This document shows, piece by piece, positions 19,880-30,979 of a stretch of DNA of 35,003 nt (position 1 is the first letter of the stretch; each line of letters starts with the position of its first letter). The DNA is from Octopus bimaculoides (Eukaryota), in the NCBI RefSeq assembly GCF_001194135.2, contig NC_068982.1, positions 125,098,542-125,133,544 of the forward strand, read 5' to 3'. The position numbers were made by a program, and so were the translations under genes. The notes below the pieces were generated by a model. That model made no database searches, was not told the DNA's origin, and saw only the letters and a program-made list of their open reading frames with translations.

Positions 19880-21067
19880 ACCTCCAGAAGGTACTTTTCA
19901 CTGCTGATCTGAAGACAAGGTTGAACCACTTAGAGAAGAGTTGCCTGATCACCCAGGCTTTAATATTTGCCTTCCACATGACCTGCAGCTTCTCATCCAC
20001 TTTGTGTGACTTGAACGCATGTGAGTTTTCGGAATGGTAGACAAGGAGCACCTTAATCTTCAAGTCTCCACTCACGTTGGCACAAAGGGCAAGAGTTAGC
20101 CTATCTTTCATAGGCTTGTGGCCTGGCATTTTCTTCTCCTATACAGTTATGTAGGTTCTTCTGGGCATTTTTTTTCCAAAACAGGCTATTTTCATCACAG
20201 TTGAATACCTGTTGTGCAATGTACCTCTCGGCTGCGATGAGCTGGCGGAATTCGCGTAGAAAATCTTTGGCTGCATGTCAGAACTTGCTACTTCTCCATA
20301 CCTGATGGTGCTATGAACACCAGTCCTCTTCCTGAAATTATCAAACCAGCTGTGACTGGTCTTAAATGCGTTTGCTGATGTCTGCTCCATTGATGTTCCA
20401 TGGTTCTGCTTCAGGAGATCCCCATACAGCACTCGTGCTTTCTCACAGATGATGGTCTCTGTAATCATATCCCCAGCAAGTTGCTTCTCATTGATCCACA
20501 GGAGAATCAACTTTTCCATCCTTTTGTGGACAGATGAGTGTTGCTTAGAGAGACTGGAGACATCCTTTGCTGTTGTAATGGCTTTGATCTCATCCTTTTT
20601 CTTCAGGATGGTGCAGATCATCGACATTCTTCGGTCATATTGGTGTGCTGTGTCCACTACACACGCTCCTTTCTCATGTTTATCAATGATTTCCTTCTTC
20701 AGTTCTTTCATAATCAGCTTTTCCTTCTTCTCAGCACTGTCCCCTGCATTAACCTTCTTAGGATCCATGGCTAACACATCTAATTATTATAAAACAATAG
20801 CAAAAAATGCACAAAGCTAAACAAAAACGTTGGGGAAAACACAATAGGGATGCTGCCACAGTGAGACAAACACATGAACTGAGTGAGCAGAGACTGTGCT
20901 TGTTTGGAGAGCATGCGCAAGCTCAGTGCCAACTACCAGCCGCTTGTATGAAACTCGCTCATACTGTGGATTTCTGCTCGTACTTCAAGACCAAAAATTT
21001 GAATGAGCCTCATCTTCTACAGCAAATTACTCATACGATGGTGTACTCAAACTGCAAGGTTCTACTG
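19880..21067 (-). mobile_element. pogo/Tigger DNA transposon, 5' TIR intact, 3'-truncated, frameshifted
   Basis: The minus strand begins TA|CAGTAGAACCTTG (TA at 21068-21069). The ORF from 20768 reads MDPKK...ELKKEIIDKHEKG...MICTILKKKDEIK...MEKLILLWINEKQLAGD...IICEKAR..Y..L...FKTSHSWFDNFRKRTG (two CENP-B-type HTHs). It continues in another frame as MPGHKPMKDRLTLALCANVSGDLKIKVLLVYHSEN...WKANIKAWV (DDE_1 start). Confidence 0.92.
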
Positions 21068-21756
21068 TACATAGTTAAAAGAACAGGTCAATATACAGAG
21101 TGCACTAAGATGCCCCATGTAACGAGTTTGTAGTAGTAAAGTAATTATGTACGTATTCATTTGAATAATAAGTTACTCAGTAACAGTTGATAAAAAAAAA
21201 TGTCACCTAAGAAATTAGCTTATTACTTTGTCTTTATATACTTCTTTTTTTATATATACTTAGTATCACTTTATCATGCTGTGAAAGGAAAGGTAATTGG
21301 CTATGTACTCTGTATCTTAAGTTGGCTCTTTGACAATTGACAAGGCAGGTGTCTAAACAGTTTTTTTTTAATTGCTACTTGAATGCTGGTTCTTTACGAT
21401 ATAAGGTTTCATTTGTCTACAATATGGTTGTCATTGCAACAGCAACCAAAATGTATTTCCTGTTTTCAGTAGTTATTGACTGTTCTATTATCAATATAGG
21501 ACATGATGCTCTTTATTACAATATTGTTCCTGTGCAATTAAATGACGTGTTCTTATCATAACATGTCTTCAGTTCTCTTCCTACTGTGATGATCGGTGTT
21601 GTTGGCAACAGCTATAACAATGCATTAATTAACCATATTATTCTTAATGACTTTCTGTTCATTATCCAGAATTAGGTTGTAATTTTGCTATTGTTATTTG
21701 AATAAGATGATAAAAAGATAAATCTTTGAGGATTGTCCTCAAAATAAATTATTGAT

Positions 21757-21842
21757 AAACCATCCAACCCATGCCAGCATGGAAAGCAGATGTAATCAGC
21801 ATTTAATGCCTGCTTTCTATGCTGGCATGGGTTGGATGGTTT
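21757..21842. repeat. 33-bp inverted repeat formed by two tail-to-tail RTE-type 3' ends
   Basis: AAACCATCCAACCCATGCCAGCATGGAAAGCAG (21757-21789), a 20-nt loop, then CTGCTTTCTATGCTGGCATGGGTTGGATGGTTT (21810-21842). The one mismatch is a G-U wobble in the + transcript. Confidence 0.9.
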
Positions 21843-22175
21843 GACTGGAAACTGGTATGCCAGACAGCTGCACCATGTTCCGATCTGATTAGGCAAGGTT
21901 TCTATGGCTGGATGACCTTCCTAATGCCAACCACTCCAAGAGCATAGTGAGTGTTTTGTACATGTCACCAGCACAGATGCCATTGACCTGACACCAGCAT
22001 CAGCCACGACTACAGTCTCATTTGGCTTGATAGGTCTACAGAAGCACAGTATATTGCTAAAGATTTTGGTAACCTGTCACTGCCTCCATAAGGTCCAATG
22101 TTCGAACTGTGCTTTTTACATGCCACCGGCATGGGTGCCAGTCAGATGGCACTGGCATCGGCCATGACTATGATG
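21810..22175 (-). mobile_element. Family-C repeat with duplicated internal module
   Basis: GGTTTCTATGGCTGGATGACCTTCCTAATGCCAACCACTCC core. The module CATG.CACC.GCA..G.TGCCA.T.A....CAC..GCATC.GCCA.GACTA occurs at ~21960 and ~22118. Confidence 0.7.
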
Positions 22176-22269
22176 TAGGACAATTACATTTACGAGGCTG
22201 AGATATCTATTTTCTGTCTAATTTTTATTATAGTAGACCATCATAAGATTTATTATAAAAAAAGAAGTT

Positions 22270-22500
22270 CATCGGATGTGGCTACATGGTTAGAAGTTTG
22301 TTTCCCAATTACATGGTTTCAGTTCCACTGTAGGGGAAGGATCTAGTGTAGCTCTGGGCCAACCAAAGCCTTGTGAGTGGATTTGGTAGATAGAAACTGA
22401 AAGAAGCCTGTTGTATATGTGTGTGTGTGTGTTTGTCTTTTTGTTTGCATTTCTTTCAGCCTTCCCACTGCTTGACAATCAGTGTCGGTTTGTTTACATC
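22270..22500 (+). mobile_element. Family-A SINE (3'-truncated)
   Basis: GTGGCTACATGGTTAGAAGTTTG.TTCCCAA..GGCCAACCAAAGCCTTGTGAGTGGATTTGGTAGATAGAAACTGAAAGAAGCC..(TG)n..GCTTGACAATCAGTG. Confidence 0.8.
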
Positions 22501-22599
22501 CCTTAGAAGTTTTCATAGACATATCACAAAATTGCGTTTAAAAAGCTAGAGACATAAATGACTACAAGCCGTTTGAACCCTTTCGTTACTATATTTCTA

Positions 22600-22833
22600 T
22601 TGAGCTATACCTTTTCTCATTTATCTCTTGTTTTAGTCATTGGACAGCAACCATGCTGGGGTACAACTTTGAAAGGGTTCAATCAAACAGATCACCCCCA
22701 ATACTTATTTTTTACAACTGGCACTTATTGTATTAGCCTCTTTTCCTGAAATGTTAAGTTACAGGGACATAAACAAACTAACATTGGTCACAAAGTAATG
22801 GGGTGGGGACAGACACATACATGCATATGTGTG

Positions 22834-22912
<79 letters not shown>

Positions 22913-23520
22913 GAAAAATGTTTAAACAAATGACATAACGTATAGTGATAGTAAAAACAAGCGGGAGACAAACAGTCCATAATTCTTCATCAGTTATTGA
23001 CCAGTGGTACTGTCCAGTTTCACACCTTTAACGATAAATGCGAGCTGACTGAGTGCTTCTGAATCGGCGGTGCCTGCAAAACAAAGTTTTCTTGCATAGA
23101 ATTAGGGACAAGAGCAAACAAAACAAAACAAGCAAAACCGTACAGAGTGTGATTTAGGACGGTAGACGAGGACAAGCACTCGAACAAATATGGCTTATTG
23201 GGCCAAGGAGATGAGAATAGTGGGTAATGCTCTGAAAATGTTTTGAAGGATGGAGAATGGAGACAGAATTTGTGACTGGTCAGCTAAGGGACCAGTCTAT
23301 ATATATATCTACACACGTGTGTGTGTGTGTGTGTATAGACATACACACACACACACACACACACAAGTTTCCATGCAGTTTCCATCTATCAAATTCAGTC
23401 ACAAAGCATTAATTGACTCAGGGCTATAATAGAAGACACTTGCCCAAGGTGCCATGCAGTGTGACTGAACCAGAAGCCGCATGGTTTCAAAGTGATCTTA
23501 ACCACACAATTATGTCTATG
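22600..23520 (-). mobile_element. Family-A SINE split by an insertion in its internal microsatellite
   Basis: 3' half at ~22600-22825 and 5' half at ~23360-23520, separated by (TA)n, a ~390-bp unrelated insert and (TG)/(CA)n. Confidence 0.75.
22910..23296. mobile_element. Unclassified TA-flanked, CpG-retaining insertion
   Basis: Bounded by (TA)n at 22835-22908 and 23297-23310. It keeps many CpGs (GCGGG, ACGATAAATGCGAG, ATCGGCGG, ACCGTAC, GGACGGTAGACGAG) in an otherwise CpG-poor intron. Confidence 0.45.
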
Positions 23521-23996
23521 ACCAGCCAGCTCTATGTCCAACCATCCAAACCATGCCAGTGTGGAAAATGATTGTTAGACGATGATGATGATGATGATAG
23601 TAAACTAACTACCATTACTGAGATGGTGTTTGCAACATAAAACAAAATTTTAATTTGATTCACTTGGAAATGGAAATTTGTATCACAGAAACAGGGTCGG
23701 TAGCAAAAGATCTACGCTTCATGGGTATCTCGTGTACATTCAATTATATTTAACAAATTATCATTCACCATTAATGCTTCTACTTTCCTCTGTTATACCA
23801 TATTATCTATTTGCTTTCATTATATTACTACAATAGCCTATTCAGTTCTGAGTTAGCTAGTGTCTTCCTTTTGAAAGACATCTGTTTTATCTTTTCACTT
23901 CCTTCCACTGTACCCAAAAGCCTTGCTCAATACATCATGCTGAATGTTTCTTCTTCAGAGCTGCTTCTCTTTGAATCTTAATATCCAATTATAGCT

Positions 23997-24135
23997 GCAG
24001 GAGTGGCTGTGTGGTTAGAAATGTGCTTCCCAACCACATGGTTCCAGGTTCAATCCTACTGTATGGCACCATGGGCAAGGGTCTCCTGCTGTAGCCCTGG
24101 GTCGAACAAAACCTTGTGAGTGGATTTGATAGATT
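23997..24135 (+). mobile_element. Family-A SINE head leading into a minisatellite
   Basis: GGAGTGGCTGTGTGGTTAGAAATGTGCTTCCCAACCACATGGTTCCAGGTTCAATCC..GGCACCATGGGCAAG..CCTTGTGAGTGGATTTGATAG. Confidence 0.85.
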
Positions 24136-24985
24136 TGTGTATATGTGTGTGTATGTATATGTATGTATATGTATGTACTTATGTATATGTATGTACATAT
24201 GTATGTATATGTATGTACATATGTATGTATATGTATGTACATATGTATGTATATGTATGTACATATGTATGTATATGTATGTACATATGTATGTATATGT
24301 ATGTNNNNNNNNNNNNNNNNNNNNNNNNNNNNNNNNNNNNNNNNNNNNNNNNNNNNNNNNNNNNNNNNNNNNNNNNNNNNNNNNNNNNNNNNNNNNNNNN
24401 NNNNNNNNNNNNNNNNNNNNNNNNNNNNNNNNNNNNNNNNNNNNNNNNNNNNNNNNNNNNNNNNNNNNNNNNNNNNNNNNNNNNNNNNNNNNNNNNNNNN
24501 NNNNNNNNNNNNNNNNNNNNNNNNNNNNNNNNNNNNNNNNNNNNNNNNNNNNNNNNNNNNNNNNNNNNNNNNNNNNNNNNNNNNNNNNNNNNNNNNNNNN
24601 NNNNNNNNNNNNNNTTTATGTATATGTACATATGTATTTATGTATATGTACATATGTATTTATGTATATGTACATATGTATTTATGTATATGTACATATG
24701 TATTTATGTATATGTACATATGTATTTATGTATATGTACATATGTATTTATGTATGTACATATGTATTTATATGTATGTACATATGTATTTATATGTATG
24801 TACATATGTATTTATATGTACGTATGTATGTATTTATATGTATGTACATATGTATTTATATGTACGTATGTATATGTACGTATTTATATGTATGTACATA
24901 TATGTATGCATTTATGTATGTGTGGCTATGTATATATGTACGTACGTACATGTATACGGATGTATGTATGTATATACACATGTTT
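24136..24985. repeat. 22-bp alternating purine-pyrimidine minisatellite (contains an N-gap)
   Basis: Unit ATATGTATGTATATGTATGTAC left of the gap; ATATGTATTTATGTATATGTAC and then ATATGTATTTATATGTATGTAC right of it. It explains all the MYVC/YIHT-rich spurious ORFs. Confidence 0.95.
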
Positions 24986-25409
24986 TACTGAATGAAGATA
25001 TTTCAACAGTATTGCTAATCTGTATCAACTTCTTTCTATTCATTTGTATTTTTCTGTTATAAAATGTCTTACATAGTCAGTAAGTTATGGATTCTTTTTG
25101 CCTGGAATGCCAAAAACTCACTACTTTGAATTGTCCTAGTCTATGTGGCAATTCACTTCCCAAAGTAGAGTAAAAATTGCAGTAACATAAAATCCACAAG
25201 AATTGAAAAGATTGCTAGTAAAGTCAACCAGCTCCAATGTAGTTATATTTAATGCATATTTTTATGATTATATGTTTACAGGTAGCTTTTACATTGATTC
25301 TACTAAATCTTCAAGGTTAATCAATTGATAAGGTAACAGAACTCTGTATGATATGATGTGTATATGCGTTTGTAAATATAATTTTGTCTCTCTTTGAACA
25401 CACACACAC

Positions 25410-25600
25410 ACACATTATCATCAATTTTAATGTTCACTTTTCCATTGCTGCATGAGTCAGATGTAATTCTTTAGGCAGGTTTTCTATGGTCAGGTGCCCT
25501 ACCTATCTCCAACTCTCACTTGTTTCCAGGTATGGTAATATTCCTCATGGCTGGGCAAATTTTCAGGAAAGATTAGAAAACAAAGAACACTGCTTGTGTG
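25410..25600 (-). mobile_element. Alternative (RTE-type) SINE tail
   Basis: ATCATCAATTTTAATGTTCACTTTTCCATTGCTGCATGAGTCAG..CACTTGTTTCCAGG..AATATT..CATGGCTGG; homologous to 15380-15600. Confidence 0.6.
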
Positions 25601-25894
25601 ATGGATGAATAAATGTATATATAGACATATGTTTATTCCTGTCATATGTGTCTATGTATATGTATGTGTGTGTGCGTGTATATATATAATATAGATAATA
25701 TGATTTAGTTTTAAGGATTCATTAGAATCTCGACATACCAACAAGTAGGATTCCAGAAATGGCCAGGTACGATAACATAGAGTTCAGTGGTTTATATGTT
25801 ATGATGTAATATTTTATGAATGCATTCATTAAATTCTACTGAAACAGCTATTCTAAATTTTAAACACCATTTGCATTTACTTGTGTGTATGTGT

Positions 25895-26180
25895 GTGTTG
25901 CCAGTGCCGCTGGACTGGCTCCTGTGCAGGTGGCACGTAAAATACACCATTTTGAGCATGGCCGTTGCCAGTACCGCCTGACTGGCCTTCGTGCCGGTGG
26001 CACGTAAAAGCACCCACTACACTCTCGGAGTGGTTGGCGTTAGGAAGGACATCCAGCTGTAGAAACTCTGCCAAATCAGATTGGAGCCTGGTGCAGCCAT
26101 CTGGTTCACCAGCCCTCAGTCAAATCATCCAACTCATGCTAGCATGGAAAGCGGACGTTAAACAATGATGATGATGATGA
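25895..26180 (+). mobile_element. Young (CpG-retaining) family-C repeat with tandem internal module and RTE-type tail
   Basis: GCCAGT.CCGC..GACTGGC....GTGC.GGTGGCACGTAAAA.CACC occurs twice, then GGAGTGGTTGGCGTTAGGAAGGACATCCAGCTGTAGAAAC..CATGCTAGCATGGAAAGCGGACGTTAAACAATGATGATGATG. Confidence 0.85.
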
Positions 26181-26649
26181 TGTGTGTATGTATACACACA
26201 CACATATATATAGATATTAAAAAATGGAACNNNNNNNNNNNNNNNNNNNNNNNNNNNNNNNNNNNNNNNNNNNNNNNNNNNNNNNNNNNNNNNNNNNNNN
26301 NNNNNNNNNNNNNNNNNNNNNNNNNNNNNNNNNNNNNNNNNNNNNNNNNNNNNNNNNNNNNNNNNNNNNNNNNNNNNNNNNNNNNNNNNNNNNNNNNNNN
26401 NNNNNNNNNNNNNNNNNNNNNNNNNNNNNNNNNNNNNNNNNNNNNNNNNNNNNNNNNNNNNNNNNNNNNNNNNNNNNNNNNNNNNNNNNNNNNNNNNNNN
26501 NNNTGCATATATATAAATAATTACACACACACACACACACACACATATGGAAGGGGAGAAGGAAGAAATGTAGTGATGTGGATTATGATAATTATTATTG
26601 AAATTAGCTGGCAGTCAGAATTTGCAAAGATTGGAAGAAATATTATATA

Positions 26650-27510
26650 CAGGGTGTTTGGGATAAATTTGACAGTTTGCATAAAAGGAAAACAAAATAC
26701 AATATCCCATCCAAAAATAAAACTTTTTTTTAGAAAATCAAAAACTATCAACTATATTATGGCTGGGAGATAACACCTTACTCAAAGTAGCCGCCCTCAG
26801 CTTCCCCACTGGCTTCAAGGCAGCTCCAGAATCTGGTGCATTCATTCCTCACTGTGTCCCTGGAAAGATCTTTGAACACCTCCTTGATCTTGGCCTTGGT
26901 GTTGCAGGCAGGATAGTTTGTGTCTTTCTCAGTGATATCCAACACATAGTAATCTATGGGATTACAATTGAAGGAATTAGGTGACTAGAAATTGGGGCTG
27001 ATGAAGATGTAGAAACTCTCTGATGACCACTTCTGACTCTTTCCAGAGGTATGATAAGGAGCCAAATCCTCTTGCTACACATATGTCTTTCTAACCCTCT
27101 CCAGCCAGGTTTGACCACAGACTCAAGCAGCTTTACATAGCCATCTGAACTGAGCTTAAACCCCTGTTTAAAGATCTGGGGGAGACACAGCCAAAGACCA
27201 TTACAGTTTGGGGAAGCTTGGTTTCCATCATGTCCCTGTCACATCTCACAACCTTTACAGTGTTCACAGAACAGTGAGCAGCAGTCATGATGTTGGCATT
27301 TTGATACCCTGTGTGAAACATCATAATACAGGTACCTCTTTTCCAGTATATACAGATGGATTTCACTCCTCTATGCCAGATAACTTTTTCTGCCGTGGAG
27401 CTTTAACCTTTATGCTCTCCAATGCCATTGCTTATCCACCAATACATTAAGCTGTCTCTGACAAAAAAGAAAGTGACATAGAATATTGCCAAATTTAGCC
27501 TGAACAACAA
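26650..27510 (-). mobile_element. Internally deleted maT (DD37D) Tc1/mariner-superfamily element
   Basis: TA|CAGGGTGTTTGGGATAAATTTGAC at 26650, with a degenerate inverted partner GCCAAATTTAGCCTGAACAAC at 27488-27508. The minus strand encodes TVMVFGCVS...YVKLLESVVKP...V*QEDLAPYHTSGKSQKW...SPNSFNCNPIDYYV...EAEGGYFE* (stop at 26778). I counted exactly 37 residues between the second and third Asp. Confidence 0.88.
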
Positions 27511-27533
27511 CAACACACACGCATGCACGCACG

Positions 27534-27584
<51 letters not shown>

Positions 27585-28167
27585 TTACATATATAAAAAT
27601 GTGAAAGAGACAGTGAGCAGTGTTTCTTGTACACTCACTGATATCTGTGGATGCATGGCAAGAGTGCTGTCAAAAGAAATGTAGTATTCTTCTTTTTGGT
27701 GTGTTTTCAGACCTGCAGTTCATTGAACAAGTATCTATTGGCTTACTGACACAAACACAAATTCACATGCGTGCACACGCGCGCACACATATGCACACAT
27801 GCTTACACACACACATGCACACATGCTTACACACACACTTAACCTTTTAACTGCAAAATTAAATTTCCTAGTTATTCCAGTAATGATGTTAAATATCTAC
27901 TGAAAATAGAATTGCTATTTTCTGCAAGTCACGTTGCCTCACTAAACTTGACATCTCTCAGAAAATAGTTTCAAACATGACATTCCTCATCAAAAGATAA
28001 ATTGGTGTATAAAAATGCTTCCCATAGTTAAGGGCAAGACATTTTTAGTGTATATATATATATATATNNNNNNNNNNNNNNNNNNNNNNNNNNNNNNNNN
28101 NNNNNNNNNNNNNNNNNNNNNNNNNNNNNNNNNNNNNNNNNNNNNNNNNNNNNNNNNNNNNNNNNNN

Positions 28168-28645
28168 CTCTCTCTCTCCCTCTCTCTCTCTGGCCAGGTA
28201 ACCATGTACCTCCTCTATAGCAAGAAACCTGTTTCTGCCTCTCTGTTTCTCTGTCATACTCTAACCTTTCATCGTATGACATAAGATCACCTCTTCCAAT
28301 GTCCCTACCCCTTTAAAAATTCCTTGTCTTGCAAGTTACTTGGTGACCTTGCCAGTGATGGCGCCACATAAAAAAAAAGCATCCAGTCCACACTGTAAAG
28401 TGGTTGGCATTTGGAAGGCCATCCAGCTGTAAAAACCATGTCGAAACTTATCTCGCCTCTACTGGAGCCATGTAAAAAAGCACTTGGGCCACTCTGCAGA
28501 ATAGTTGGTGTTACGAAGGGCATCCAGCCATAAAAGCCCTGCCAAAACAAACACAGTAGCCTGGGGTAGTCTTCTACCTGGCCAGCTCATCAAACCGTAC
28601 AACTCATGCCTGCAGGGAAGGCAGATGTTAAATAATGATGATGGT
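28168..28645 (+). mobile_element. Family-C repeat with (CT)n and RTE-type tail
   Basis: (CT)n-GGCCAGGTAACCATG..AAGTTACTTGGTGA..GTGGTTGG..GGAAGG.CATCCAGC (twice)..CATGCCTGCAGGGAAGGCAGATGTTAAATAATGATGATG. Confidence 0.8.
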
Positions 28646-28961
28646 ATAAATTCAAACTGATAACAAAATGAAACAATGATTTTTCTTGTGACATTACATA
28701 TTGAGACTCAAACATTATATATACTGAGACTGAATCAGTTGTTTTGAATGACATAACACAACAGTAATTGTGGCTGTTACTTATTTTCTCCTATCATGCT
28801 CTCAATGTTGTTCTCAATGTTGTTCACAATATTCTCTCAATGTTGTTACTACTCAAGTTTGTTATTTCAGCTGTTTTAATCTGTTCGCATGCATTATTCC
28901 ATGTTGAGTTTCTGACCATGCTGTGGCATAGCCAAAGAAATATTTACATTAGCATAATTAA

Positions 28962-29136
28962 CCTTTTGATCCTGAGCATTCACTTTAGCAGGTGTGATTT
29001 CATTTGTCCATAATTCCTGGAAGACACAAAAGCTGGCAGCCATATGGTTTTACATTTGTGACTGAAAATGATGTTGCTAATTAGCGAGCCATAAATACAA
29101 AACCATGTGGCTGTCCACTTTGACGTCTTCTAAGGG
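28962..29136. mobile_element. Possible TTAA-type MITE with an internal hairpin
   Basis: TTAA|CCTTT..AAGGG|TTTA ends. Internal inverted repeat GGCAGCCATATGGTTTTACATTT (29035-29057) / AAATACAAAACCATGTGGCTGTCC (29093-29116). Confidence 0.4.
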
Positions 29137-29825
29137 TTTAGCCAAAGTATACTCGCTTGTTCAAAGGCTTAAATGATTAGATATTCACAAGCATCTGCAT
29201 TTTTTGTTATTCTCTATATCATTTATTTTACTTTACACTCAATGCCTACAAAAAAAAAAAAAAATCAAAAAAATCAAAGCAATTAAAGAACAAGCTCTTT
29301 CTACTCAGTTAGACATAAACATTTCCAAATCTGCCCACCACCTCCTAAAATGTTTGCCGACAATGACTGTTCAGATTATTAGTTTGGTTTCTCTGTTCAT
29401 ATGTTTGTTTGGTCCAAGCAAGAGAGGTGTATTTAGGATGAAGTTAAGACAGTTTTCAAGAGTGTTGTATCGTTGTCTAGGAATTTAATGGTGATTAAAA
29501 ATGTAGTTTTAAAGATTGTGAACATTGGATCTTGCTGTAGCAACAAATGATTCCACCCCACTCACATCTGTAGGTGATCTTTTTTCTCAAGTATCCTTCT
29601 TGGATTTGTATATCACTTGTGATTATGCAAAGCATACTGTTTGTTGCTTTTGATTGTTTGTTTCAGAAAGACAGAACCAATATAATCCAAGGTGGATCTA
29701 ATGTATTGTTTGTATACCAATGGTTTCATTTCATTGTAGTTGCATGTGGGTTTTCTGTGTTTGAACATATTTTCCTTTGCTTGTCTTTTATGTTTTCTAT
29801 GAATGTTGAAAAATAAAAATATAAA

Positions 29826-30072
29826 TGCGCTCTTTTAAAGCCTAGCCAGGCTCATGGGCCTGGTTTCCCGGTTTCAATGGCGTATGTGTTCCCCAGCTGG
29901 ACGGGACGCCAGTCCATCGCAGCATTACTCATTTTTGCCAGCTAAGTGGACTGGAGCAACGTGAAATGAAGTGTTTTGCTCAAAAACACAACGCGTCGCC
30001 GGGTTCAGGAATTGAAACCACAATCTTACGATCATGAGGCTGACACCCTAACCACTAAGCCACGCACCTCCA
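29826..30072 (-). mobile_element. Young full-length family-D tRNA-derived SINE
   Basis: Minus strand TGGAGGTGCGTGGCTTAGTGGTTAGGGTG (clear A box)..GGTTTCAATTCC (B-box variant)..GCGTTGTGTTTTTGAGCAAAACACTTCATTTCACGTTGCTCCAGTCCAC..GGCTAGGCTTTAAAAGAGCGC; CpGs are retained. Confidence 0.85.
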
Positions 30073-30758
30073 CAATGTTGAAAAATGTTCAACACAATTC
30101 TTAATCTTCATCTTTAGGTGTGTGATGTGCTTATGATGTTTAGTTGTATTTGATGGTGTTTTTAGGGGGTGTTGGAAGGGGTGGTTCTAAAGCTCACCAC
30201 CTTAGGAAATCTCTGTAATAATTTTGTTAAATATATCTTGTAGTCTCTATATTCCTGATTGTCAAATTCTACCAGTTATAATTCAGTCTTTTAATACAAA
30301 TAGTTACACCAAAGGACAGAATTTTAGATATTCTTTTTTGTTGTTTTTTGTTTCTTGTCTTTCAGAACAATGCCTCATCTGTTATAGTTGCATTTAATTT
30401 GTGTTTGTCAAATATTCTTTAATATTCTAAAACACATGGGCATTGTACTTTGTTGTTATATCTTATGTAGTAATAAATTTCATGGGCTATCTTTCATACA
30501 AATCTGATATAGTGTTTCCAAAACATCATTGTACCATGGTAAGAATTTTGGACAAAAAACAGCCAATGAAATAGATTTTTGGATTAATGATGTGATCTGT
30601 TTCAGATTAACTTTTCATCACCAACATGTTGTTTCCTCTTGAGTCAACTTTGAGCAGCCCTGTGATAAAAAAAAAATATTCCATGGTGACTCTCTAGCAT
30701 TTTTTTTAATAAGAAATACTGTATTCCAGCCTTTGTCATCAAAAGTTTTCTTTTTTAA

Positions 30759-30979
30759 CCCTTCAATGTTCGCATTATTCTGTCAAAATTAATGCTTTTT
30801 CATCTACATTGTTTTAAACTAATCATACATTATCTTGTAGCTATGAGATTTTGATGAGGTAGCTGTTAATTTTTAAAACAATATTGTAGGGTTGATGCGA
30901 GAGCCCAGATCTGGCCAGTTTGAACATAAAACAGGCAGAATACTTTTGGCCGGATATGGCCAGTTTAAATGCTAAAGGG
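30759..30979. mobile_element. piggyBac-type MITE (221 bp)
   Basis: TTAA target duplication at 30755-30758 and 30980-30983; termini CCCTT...AAGGG; second degenerate copy at 16080-16290. Confidence 0.8.

Noticed and set aside
21470-21561. Candidate QSOX exon 2: TTTTCAG|TA GTT ATT GAC TGT gives VVIDCSIINIGHDALYYNI, with DC...NI spacing like QSOX
   Set aside because: It lacks the leading Trp, the second Cys and G(Y/F)PT, and runs into a stop with no donor. The resemblance is likely chance.
22987-22993. CUGAUGA on the minus strand of the TA-flanked insert, suggesting a second hammerhead
   Set aside because: There is no downstream GAAA or stem II. The upstream GAAAC...GUC is only 5 nt from the core, so stem I cannot form. 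It could be a deleted remnant but is unsupported.
23989-25062. Long 150-305 aa ORFs rich in M/Y/V/C or Y/I/H/T
   Set aside because: They are translations of the RY minisatellite and N-gap, not genes.
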